Of a stretch of 64,000 nt of DNA, positions 53,756 to 64,000 are shown one piece after another; position 1 is the first letter of the stretch; each line of letters begins with the position of its first letter. This DNA is from Callorhinchus milii. Taxonomy: Eukaryota. The translations under genes were made by a program, and so were the position numbers. The notes under the pieces were generated by a model. It saw nothing but the letters and a program-made list of their open reading frames with translations, was not told the DNA's origin and searched no databases. Location: contig NW_024704742.1 of the NCBI RefSeq assembly GCF_018977255.1, forward strand, positions 109,308,001-109,372,000, in the 5' to 3' direction.

Positions 53756-55680
53756 CAACGCGGAAGTCAGACATTTTTTGGTACTTCAAAATGCTGAAAC
53801 AAAATAAAAAAAATAACCTTTTCTTCAATTTGGAGAAAAATGGAAAATCCCAATTTACCATTAAAATCGTAAACCCATTAAAGTCTTACTATTAAAAAAA
53901 AACACTCTTCCCCTGTCCCCAAGTGTGAATATTCCAATTGTTGCCTTGGTGACCTATCTATCACCAGGTATTATAAAATAATAATAATCCTGCATTTGAT
54001 ACAGCACCTTTCACAGCAAGAAGTTGTCTCAAAGCTCTTCACAGTATTGACTTTAAAGTGCAATGACTTAAGGCGAATTCTGCAGCCAATTTGCAAACCA
54101 CATCATCCAACAAATAGCCATGAAGTGAATGAGAAATATTATCTGGGAGATTGTTAGCTGGGACACTGGGGGGAAAAAAATCCCTCATTTATTTTGCCTG
54201 CAGCATATGTTTAAGAATGATTGGATACCCTCAAGTATACATTTTTCACTCTTTTTAAAATAATTTTAAGAACATTTTCCTTTGCATGCTCTGACATAAT
54301 TAATTGAAACTAATTTTAGGTGAGACAATATTATGGGGTGAAATTTGCAGTATTTCATAATATATTCAATGTGATGATTTTGCATATTGAATACATTATG
54401 AAACATTCCAAATTTTACTCCTTCCTGTACATGCAGTAGATGTGGAGTAGGACAGGTGTTTTCACAGTGTTCTCCAGTAGATGGCAAAGTACACCATTTC
54501 TTCAAACTCTTACAATGAAAATTGACTGAATTTACAGTGAAACACGTCTCTAAAACCCATCATTGAGACTTACCGGTGGTCTTCATAAGACAGGTAGTTT
54601 TCAAATGCAACTTAAAGTCTGGAGAATGGTATTTAGTTTGTGGTCTGACTGGATGTGGTTAATGAGGATTACTGTTCATGGTTGTTCAAAAGAGAATTGG
54701 ATTTATTATGTGTTCCCACATAAGTAAGTAACATTTCAGAGAGGAATAGATTATTGGTATATCATGCCAACTTCCCAAACAATTCCTTTGGCATATCTAT
54801 CTCACCGTTGACTAACACTGAATTATTTTGTGTAGTTCCTTTTTGAAAGTTAATCCATGCAATTCCTTCATTACAATAATAATCATCCTTGCATTTCAAA
54901 AAGGGCCTTTCATATCGGGAGGATGTTTCAAAGTGCTTCACAGGATTTACTGTAAAGTGTAGTGACTAATTTGTAGGCATAGCAGCGCATTTGCATGCAG
55001 AAATATCCCATGAAGTGAACTATCAATTTTATCAGGGGCATTGTTGGCCAGGACAGTGGGAGAAAATCTTGTTCTGTTTTTAAATGATGTCATGGGATCT
55101 TTCACTTCCCACTGAACAGACAGATGGAACCTTAGTTTAATGTCTCAGCAGAAAGACAACACTTCCAACAAAGCATGGGGGTGTCAGCCTGGACTGTGAG
55201 TTCAATATCCCGACATGGAGCTTGAATCCATATTCTTCTGACTCAGAGCTAAGAGCACGACCAACCGAGCCAGGCTGACACCATGTAGTAAATAAATTAT
55301 TCGGATTTTAGTTTTTACTAATCTTCATTTGCAATGGATCCTCCTTTTCATGTGGTGTGAGGGGCGCTATATAAATGCAAGTTGGATGCAAGTTGAATCA
55401 AGTATAAATGCAAATTGGATGCAATAAATGCAAGTTGGGCACTGTCTGTATAAATGAACTGGATCCTCCATTGCAAATCTCCCTCTCAGGCAAGCTGCGT
55501 GGAGCATCCAGGCAGAGTGGAATACTTCCCTTCAGCCTCTCTAACTCTTCTGCAAGTTCAAGACCATTCTCTTTTAGTTTGCATGAGAACAACCATGGAA
55601 CAATATTCCTTTTTCTCTCCTCTCCATCTCGTAGCTGATGTCAGCTTTTATTGTATGCTCTGCAACATTTTCCCTGAGAT

Positions 55681-56005
55681 GGAGGTTCACTGGATTATGT
55701 GGGGGAGCTCTGCAAATAAATATAATTAATAAACTTTAAAAAAAAGTACAACTGTGGAGCACTTCTAATGGAAAACCCTCCCACAAAATACTGTAGATGC
55801 TGGAAATCTGAAACAAAAACAGAAGTCGTTGGGAACACTCAGCAGTTCAGGCAGCATCTATGGAGAAAGGAAAGTGAGTCAACATTTTGGGTCCATGACC
55901 CTTCGTCAGAACCGGTTATGATGAAGGATCTTGGACCTGAAATGTTGACTCATTTTCCTTTCTCCATAGATGCTGCCTGAGCTGCTGCATGTTCCCAGTG
56001 ACTTC
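55681..56005. mobile_element. Second copy of the palindromic hammerhead element, in the opposite orientation
   Basis: Same arms and the same unique flank (reverse complement of 31991-32095). Centre is accggt. Cores are degenerate (CTGACGA...AAAA on -, ATGATGA...GAAA on +). Confidence 0.75.
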
Positions 56006-57153
56006 AGCAATTCTTATGCTGCTATCCTGTTGAATTGCTTTTTCTTTAAGACCATTTTTGTTGCAAGTTATTTAGTTTGTCCAGTAGGTAGCAGGCTTTA
56101 CCATTTTTAGCCAAAGGATTTCCTAAGAATTGCATTACTTACCGGCAAGAAAACATCAGTTCCTTGCTGATTGAGTGTGACTTACCAATAACAGAAGGGT
56201 GCATAGTCTGTGTTTCCAATGCCACTTAGTGCAGGAAATGGCCAATGAGAAGCATATTATCTTCAAATTTATGGGCCCAGTAAGAGAAATGCATTTTTTT
56301 AAATTTTAAGTGTAAATGCTTTGAAAAAGTACAGATAAAATATTGACGATTTGGAAGGGTTTTGTGACTAGCAGGTTGTGGAATTTTGATCCATGGAAGC
56401 ATTCAGAGAGTATCGTTGGGTTGTGTATGCTGTGTTCTGTGCCTGAGTTTAATATTTCATGGTACCAAGCATGAGTTAGTGTCCCTAACAGGACTGTGAA
56501 ACGAGACTCAGTACTATACAAACTATACACTCTTCATTTCTTGGGAGACTTCTTATTTTCATTCATTCATTTCTCAATTTAATCCGATTCAAGTAACATG
56601 ACAGTAAATCCCTAATCTTGGAATCTCTCAACCACAACACATCATTGAAATACAACATGAACTGGCTGTGACCCATTTGGAGAAATGTTCAAGATGTACT
56701 TCAAAGCCCAAAGTTTTCATTGAACTTTATCTTGAACCATTTCATGAAATTCAAGCAGTGTATGTAAGTGTATAAATACAAGTTCTAAATCAGAAAACAT
56801 GATTATTGTTTTTTTTGCGGTCAATCAGTCAGTTACCATTTAGCTCTGTATCTGAATAGTGTGTGGAGGTGATTTGAACAAATTTACATAATGTCCCACT
56901 GTGATCTGCAGACTGGGGAAACTCTGGCCTATTGACAGTTGCCTTAATTTGTCATGAATGAGTGCGGTCAGCCACCTTTTAGAATGACCAGAGGGGACTA
57001 AAATAATGTTGCTTCTTAATCTATTAGTGCTGCTTTACTCTCTATTGCCACTAAAGCCAGATGCTTGGAAATTTGTGTTCATCCTGAATGTGGCCGATTT
57101 GTTTTTATTTCATAATATGTTTTGTATTAATATTTTGAAACATTCACTCAGTA

Positions 57154-57705
57154 GAACAACAACAAAATTACATTTGTATAGTGCCCTTCACGTTGGGAGG
57201 ACATCCCAAGGCTCTGGACAATCAGTGTTTCAGACCCAGTGGAATTGGGTGTCATCCTCATACATGTGGTAGTTGAACCCATGTCTGTGGATGATGTCAC
57301 CAAGGGGGAGCATACAGATATTGAAAAAGAGAGGACCAAGGACAGAGTCCTGAGGAATGCCACACATGATGGTGTGGGGGCTGGAGGAGAAGCCGTTAGT
57401 GGCGATAAAGTGGAGATGGTGGGAGAGGCGGGCAAGTGCAGGTCCGTGGAGATTGAGTTAATAGGAGAGGAGGCAGTGTAAGAGGAGAGAATTGTTGACA
57501 TCGTCGAAAGCAGCAGAGAGGTCGAGCAGGACAAGGAGGCAGAAAGAGCCCTGGTTGCAGATGCTCAGATTGCCGTTAGTAACTTTGACCAGGGCTGTTT
57601 CCGTGCTGTGGGAAACCCGATTGGAGGGGTTCAGAGAGGGAATGGCGGAAGGGAAAAGAGCGAAGCTGGGACACAACAACTTTTCTATGGCCTTGGAGAG
57701 GAATG
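57154..57705 (-). mobile_element. Internally deleted L2 (RT segment joined directly to 3' tail)
   Basis: [10 protein letters not shown] and LLDLSAAFD motifs, followed immediately by the tail at 57154-57235. Confidence 0.8.
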
Positions 57706-60700
57706 GACCCCATTATAACATACTTTCTTATAAAGTAGGTTCATTTATACTGCAGTTGGAATGTCGACCATGACATTGACTTATCAATAAACATGGACAG
57801 AAAGCTGGCTGACGTTCCCACACACTGAAAAATGGTGGATGTTCCAGATTATCAGGTCACTGGTGACATCGCTTGCTACGCGCTGTGTATATAGCGAACA
57901 GAAAGTGATGTCGGCCCACAAACTGTTGCCTGACCAACCGATCCTTTCTCAATCTGGTTCTGGTAGGAAAGATTGACCTACAGCATAATGTAACAGGAAC
58001 CCATCTGATCATACAGCTGAGAAACCCCAAACTGGTCTTTGAATAGTGTTTGAAACGGTGAGAGCGAGCCAAATGCTGGGGAAATGGGGAAATGTTCTGG
58101 ACTTGTTTTGAGAATTACATTGCATGCTAATAGAAGCAAGTAGAGTCTCTTTCATTCTCAGCTTAAAGGAACTCAGAGGTTCTCTCACCCATGGATACAT
58201 TTATGGGCAACAAATATGGCAATTAACTGCCTTGCGTTTGAATTATTGGCTTTCATTATGACCTTATGCATAGAACAGGGGACATGGAGTGATCGCACAG
58301 ATAAAAGTGGCAGCTAATTGTATGTTAGCAGTGTGTTTGATTTTTCTTCCAGCCACAATTCCCATGGTGACACTCAATTAAAGCATGTCAAGGAACTAAC
58401 CCAATCCACAGTAACTCTAGCTGAGATACTGTGCTTGGGAATCATCAACATTGCATTCAAAGCTTTTTGAACCATAATTTTAGAACTGCAGGAATACATC
58501 GTACAGTAGTGTAGTGAGCACTGACTTGTATTTAATCTACTGTATTTCCCTCCAGAGAGAAATACTGTTGATTCTCCCTCTTCTTATTTCCCTATAGACA
58601 AGCACCTATCCTCTATCTGATACTTTCTGCCACTCCTTTCCTGGCAGCTCAGCCAAAATCAGGAGATCATTTTGAGGAAATTGTGATCTAAAATCCATCT
58701 GAAAATCTGGATGGAGCACAAAGAATCTGCAAGTTAATCATTCCGAGAATTTCATAATTTGTCAGAAATAATAAATTAGTGACCACAAAATGTTTTGTGA
58801 AGGATAATGCGTTTTAGTTATAACTGATGTTGTTGCTGTATAAATGCAACATCTTGTAATTTCCCAAATCTCCCATCTCCAATTATTTATCCAATCCATT
58901 ACTGAAATGTGCTTTGGGATAGTTAATCAGGTTCCCCTTGTCTCTCCGTAAACTCAGATCAGAAATGAAGCAGGCTTTAATCCAAATGAACCAAACCAGA
59001 TTGTATCAAATAGTTTCTGTCATTTAATTCATATAAAAGATTGTTCATAAGCAATAATTGACCATGTGGAAGTATGATATTAATTATATTAATACCAGAT
59101 TCCACATAAAGTGGAGTGAAAATTCCGATCTTTCTTAACAGATTCGTTGAATTAATTAAAACATCAAATCTGTTAAACATCACAGTTTTTACCTTCAGAA
59201 TTAGATTATCAGTGCTCAATTTCCAGCATTGCTGGTGATAGCACATCTGCAAACTTTACACTTTAGAAGGCTAAAGCTATGTTCTACTCAGTTTTAGTCA
59301 ATACTAAGTTAACATGTAGAATTAGGAATGTATGGAGTAAAAAGGTTATAATTTAATCAGGTTCCAATCATATCGTAAACTGTAGGAGCAAAGTTCAAGT
59401 GGTTATTGTTGGAGACTGAGATTAAATTATAGTTGATCACTCACGAACATTTATTTTTAATAATGCATTTTCCAACCTCAGGAATATGAAAACTGTTATT
59501 GACAGTTGAAAGTGGTACAAAAATTTAATTAATTGAAGTCTGAGAAGCTAATGCAATATTGCCACTACAGAGTAATGTCATATATTGAACAAGAAGCTCT
59601 AATAAGGAAATTATTTTGCAGTTGGGAAATGTTAATTGTAAAAAAATTAAACTGAAGTGTATTTTATAAATACATTTCACGTCACTGTGATAAAACAAAC
59701 ACATTTCAGAAAAGCTATTGTGCAAATGCAGAACAACTTTAAACCATATTGGACCTGTGATTATACTTATGATCTAATAGGCTTCCCTTTTAATGAGCTA
59801 AATGAATTACTGCAAATGTATTGAGTATTAATTTGCAGTTAATTTTAGTTTAATTGCCAGGAAATAAGATAATATATTTTCATTATATAATAAAAATAAT
59901 CAGGACAATTTTAGGACTGACAGCAGGAAGCATTTTTTTTCACATTAAATGTAATCTGCAACTGGAATGGGTTACCAGGAAGAGCAGTTGAGGCCTGGAC
60001 ATTGGGCTGATTTTAGAAACTGCTAGATGCTACATTAAGAAGACAGTAGGATGCATATTCTTGAAGGATAATCAAAGGTCCAAGGGGATTTCTTCTCTGA
60101 ACCTCTCTTGTCATCTCTTATGATCTTAAAGAATTCAATATTTATCAAAGAGCTTTCCATTGCACTACATTACAGAACAGAATGACTTGACATATCTGGT
60201 GATGTATGCAATATAAAAAGTCACATTTTGATCATGAAAATCGGCAGTTGCTGCTAAAGTACAAGAGACGACCCTGTGATCACATCTGTGCAGGGAAGTG
60301 TGGGACTAGGAGGTCCCTGAACATGTGACTGTGATTTCCTTCATTAAAGAAGAATATTAAGAAACTGATAAGAAAAGCACAGGCCGCAGTTTGTGACTAT
60401 TATTTGTGGTATGGTTTTTGTGCAGGTGAATATCTTCAGGGAACAATCAGAAGGTGTCTCAAAGTGGGCAAAAGCAGTAACCCTGTACTTGCATGGGTAG
60501 GAATCACCTGCCCATGAGTAGGAATCACCCATGCATGTGTTAGAATTGCCTATGCAGACACAATCGCTGTTATCCTGTTTAGTTTGTCAATCGGGAACTC
60601 CTGAGGTTCCCAACTTCTAGGCACCCTTATAAGTTTGCTGAATGAGATACGTGATCCTGTCTAAATATAATTCTGCAGCTTATATGCGGAGGCCCGAATG

Positions 60701-61246
60701 TCTTGCGTTGCATGTGAACAGCAGGAAACTAGTTGGATCTGTTTTGCAAACATAGGGAAGGATGTGGCTAATCGCACGCCACAGGGACTGAACCCCTGCA
60801 GGAATAAGACAGTACACCGCAATTTCCTGACACCAAAATTGAATCTAAATCAAAACGTCGCACTCTATTTGTTTGTTGCATTTGAACCTCTTTCATTATA
60901 CATTTTAAAAAGAAATCTGTTTCTGCAACGTTAATAATGGAAGATCAGGATGAATTTCAAGCTTGACATTGTGAGAAGAATTATCTCTGATATTAATTAC
61001 TGGTACTTCTATATTAAAAAAAACAAGAAAAGGAGGGCTGGCTTCAACAGTAATATGTTGGAGCTGTGACAATGTATAATAAGATGAAGCTGATTTTCTC
61101 ATTTCATGTCACAATGTGAATTGCCAGCCATTTGGAGATTGTACCCTTCCTCACTGCATATAGGTATTTTGCCTGACTGGACATTGTTTATGTGCAAGCC
61201 TTGATAATGAGATTTGTCAGTCAATTCAACCATGCTGGAGAAACAA

Positions 61247-61562
61247 GGAGTCCTGTAGCTCAGTGGTTAGAGCACTCACTTTGCTAGTGAGAGACCTGAG
61301 TTCAATTCCAGGCAGGGCGAAACCTTGGGCAAGTTTCCTTACTCCACACGCCTAATAATAATCCCTCCAAAAACCAAAAACAATAATAAATTGGTCATTT
61401 TCAATCTACGACTGTTTGTGGGACATTGCTGTGCGCAATTGGCTGCCGCGTTCGCCCACAAATATACAGTCAATTCACTTTACAGTGTGTTTTGTGAAGC
61501 GCTTTGGGACGTCCTCCCGACGTGAAAAGCGCTATATCAAATGCAAGGATTATTATTATTAT
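61247..61562 (+). mobile_element. Young tRNA-derived SINE, short subfamily
   Basis: Near identical to 13765-14092; AAACA on both flanks. Confidence 0.93.
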
Positions 61563-63675
61563 AAACAGATCACATTCCAAACCAAGCCTGTCCTCAACCA
61601 TGAGCAGAACTATTTGGGTTCACTAGATGGTGATCAGAAATAGGAATTCTGACTGATTCCAACCCCTTGTTGCCCAACCCAGGAACATTAAGATTGTAAT
61701 TTGATTTCCCAGCAGTCGAGTGGTGTACAAATCCATAATCCCTCAAACCAGTATGATATAAATCCAATTTATCTAGGACAGCATGAATCCCTATCTACAA
61801 TACGCTAATGAGTACATGAATCCAATTTCCCCCTCAGTCTACTGGGGAGTGGGAGGGAGAGGGGATCTACATTTAAATTTCTAGACCATCTAAAGGAGCA
61901 TGACTTAGATGCAAGTCACCTCAGTTTCAAGGATCTGCATTGCAAGCCTTAAATTGCTCCAGATTCTTATTCTTGACTTTACATTGTCTTGTCAGAAGTC
62001 CATCATGATTAATCAGTGATCTTTCCTAAATACACCCTAGGTAGCCCAAGAACGGTACATTCTCCGTTTAACTGAAATATTCCAGACTAAGGTTTTAGCC
62101 ATTTGCAATTCAGTTAATGCGTTTTAAAAGATTACAATGATATAATAGTGTAACTAAGGAGAAATTGGTATATGGATAGTCTAGTCTCATATTTTCATCA
62201 CTTTTATCTAACTATGAAATGAGCTGTGAATAGTTCAGACACATATTCAGTTACTCGGCAAATAATCAAAAATGTTCTGTGCCCATGAGAAGCAACATCA
62301 ATTTTATAATCCATTATTCTCACTCATTTTACAATAAATATGACAATTTTATTGCTGGTACTAAAAATGCCATGAATACAGAAATACTATTGTAATCCTT
62401 TTGTGCAGAACCACTAATCAGGCCTGTCGGTTCTTTTTATTTATAGTGTGTTTAATTTTTGTTAATGTTACTCGAGGTAGACCTTTGGGCTACAGTAGAA
62501 CATTGATAATTGCCAGTATTTTAATCAGCAGATTGTACTAACCAGCGAATTTCTTCAGCCACCACTCTTTGCACTGTATGTTGTGACACCTAGGGTGAGG
62601 TATCCTTTCTTCCAGTGTTAACAGTCCGATGCTGTTGTTTTCTTCAGGAATGTTTTTAAGATATTGAGAAATTAGAAGGTGACAAAGGTTATATAATACA
62701 ATGACCATTTCAAATGGGATTTCCTGACAAAACCTCTGAATGTAATGGAATCCCCATTGTTGGTCAGTTTTGTTAAGAACTCCCATCAGAAGTGAACACA
62801 GTTTCAGATAATGACCCCATTAAATATTGGAAAACTCCAAATTTTGGTGACAGATATTTACTGGAGTGTTGCTTTTTGTAGTTGAATAATTTCTTATATT
62901 AGCTTAAAAGATGAGCCGCAGGAGAGCCGGCATTGGCGGGAGCCAAGGAGTATGGCTTCCATCTTGTCAACATTCAACTGCAGAAAGTTTGGGCTCATCC
63001 ATGTACTGACATCTGACAAGCAAGCTGACAGAACAACAGTATCCTGCAGTTACAACTAGAGGAGGAGATGTATAGTATGAAACTGCATGGAAACAGACTA
63101 TTCGGGCCAACTATTGGGCCATCAATATTTTAGATTAATGTTAGGTTAATTTTGCAAAATGTCAGTTATTAGATTCTATCATCTCCTGACCCCCCTTCCC
63201 TCGTCCACACACACACACACTCCTCAGCTTCCCTCCACCCTGTTCAGGTGCCCAGAAGGCTGCGTGTGAAGTGCTTTGAGACATCCTTCCGATGTGCAAG
63301 ACGCTGTGTAAATGTAAATTGTATTGCATTGTAATTATTATAATTATACTTTAGTAGATGTATCAAATTACTGATACATAAAACTAATACAAAAAATCAA
63401 ATTAGATGCAGGGTTATTGAAAATATCAAAGATTGTTATATTCGTCACACTTTTGCATGGTTCCCTCACTAATTATTATTCTAGAATCACTATAAAACAT
63501 CCCGCTCTCACTTAATCCTTATTCCATTTGACAAGCCTTGCTCTGAGTTCCAAAGAAAGGCTAATAAAGGCACTGCACTGTATCCCATCATATGAAAACA
63601 GAACTGAAATGCCTGTATTGTACATTCATCATATACTATAGAAAGAGGATTACTGATTGATTTCTTTTTATTTAG

Positions 63676-63862
63676 GTGTCAAATTAATTTATCGGGCCTC
63701 AGTCGGGAGCATACTCACAAACTGGAGCTTAATCTGTCTGAAGGCAATGGCCGCTTGGTGCTGCTTCTTACTCTGACAGCATCGCCTCCAGTCGATATTG
63801 CCGATACATCTGTCTCCAAATTGGAGGAAGAGCAGCAACACAAGGCAATAAGGCGACGATAT
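63676..63862 (+). CDS. MCTP1: MCTP1-like coding exon (end of C2B and linker): (R)CQINLSGLSREHTHKLELNLSEGNGRLVLLLTLTASPPVDIADTSVSKLEEEQQHKAIRRRY
   Basis: tttttatttag acceptor and gtatgt donor; 187 nt, phase 2 to 0. LSRE.THKLEL and LVLL.TLTAS motifs. Confidence 0.95.
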
Positions 63863-64000
63863 GTATGTATTACTTTATTAATACTTGTCTGCATATCTGG
63901 GTGATATTGAAAGTTCAAACAAAGTGTTAATGTCTGAAAAGTATTCTCTTTGCACACTTGGAAGTAAGTTTAGTGTATTGAGAGCGGCTTTGAGATTGCA

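Noticed and set aside
55768..55980. Recurring ORF MENP.TKYCRCWKSETKTEVVGNTQQ (also at 31816-32007) as a conserved peptide
   Set aside because: The recurrence is explained by DNA-level identity of the palindromic repeat; there is no evidence of coding selection.
60492..60535. Tandem catg.gtaggaatcacc x2
   Set aside because: A two-copy local duplication with no further structure.
1..64000. CRISPR arrays, operons or prokaryotic defence/RT systems
   Set aside because: The DNA is spliceosomal-intron vertebrate sequence. All RT motifs belong to L2/CR1 LINEs and no repeat-spacer periodicity was seen.

Overview
This is eukaryotic, repeat-rich vertebrate DNA. The LINE/SINE repertoire (L2, CR1, Deu-type and tRNA-headed SINEs, Penelope-type hammerhead repeats) points to a cartilaginous fish, possibly a holocephalan; that assignment is an inference. 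The window lies within a + strand MCTP1-like gene (multiple C2 and transmembrane domain protein). Eight GT-AG exons (22647-63862; 115/143/80/112/39/165/131/187 nt) splice into an open 972-nt frame encoding C2A, C2B and the following linker. The 3' exons lie beyond the window and the 5' coding exon was not identified. Almost all ORFs in the supplied track are transposon fragments or noise. The most notable observations are: (1) a non-coding palindromic element family carrying back-to-back minimal hammerhead ribozymes, one copy with a 14-bp target-site duplication; (2) a young L2 subfamily whose copies share the same frameshifts; (3) a chimeric tRNA-SINE whose tail tracks the young L2 3' stem-loop; (4) inverted young L2/SINE pairs around coding exons; (5) a candidate TALE/CCAAT promoter with a splice donor at about 10.7-11.1 kb. 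Comparisons with human MCTP1 and named repeat families are from memory, not database searches. Repeat boundaries are approximate.
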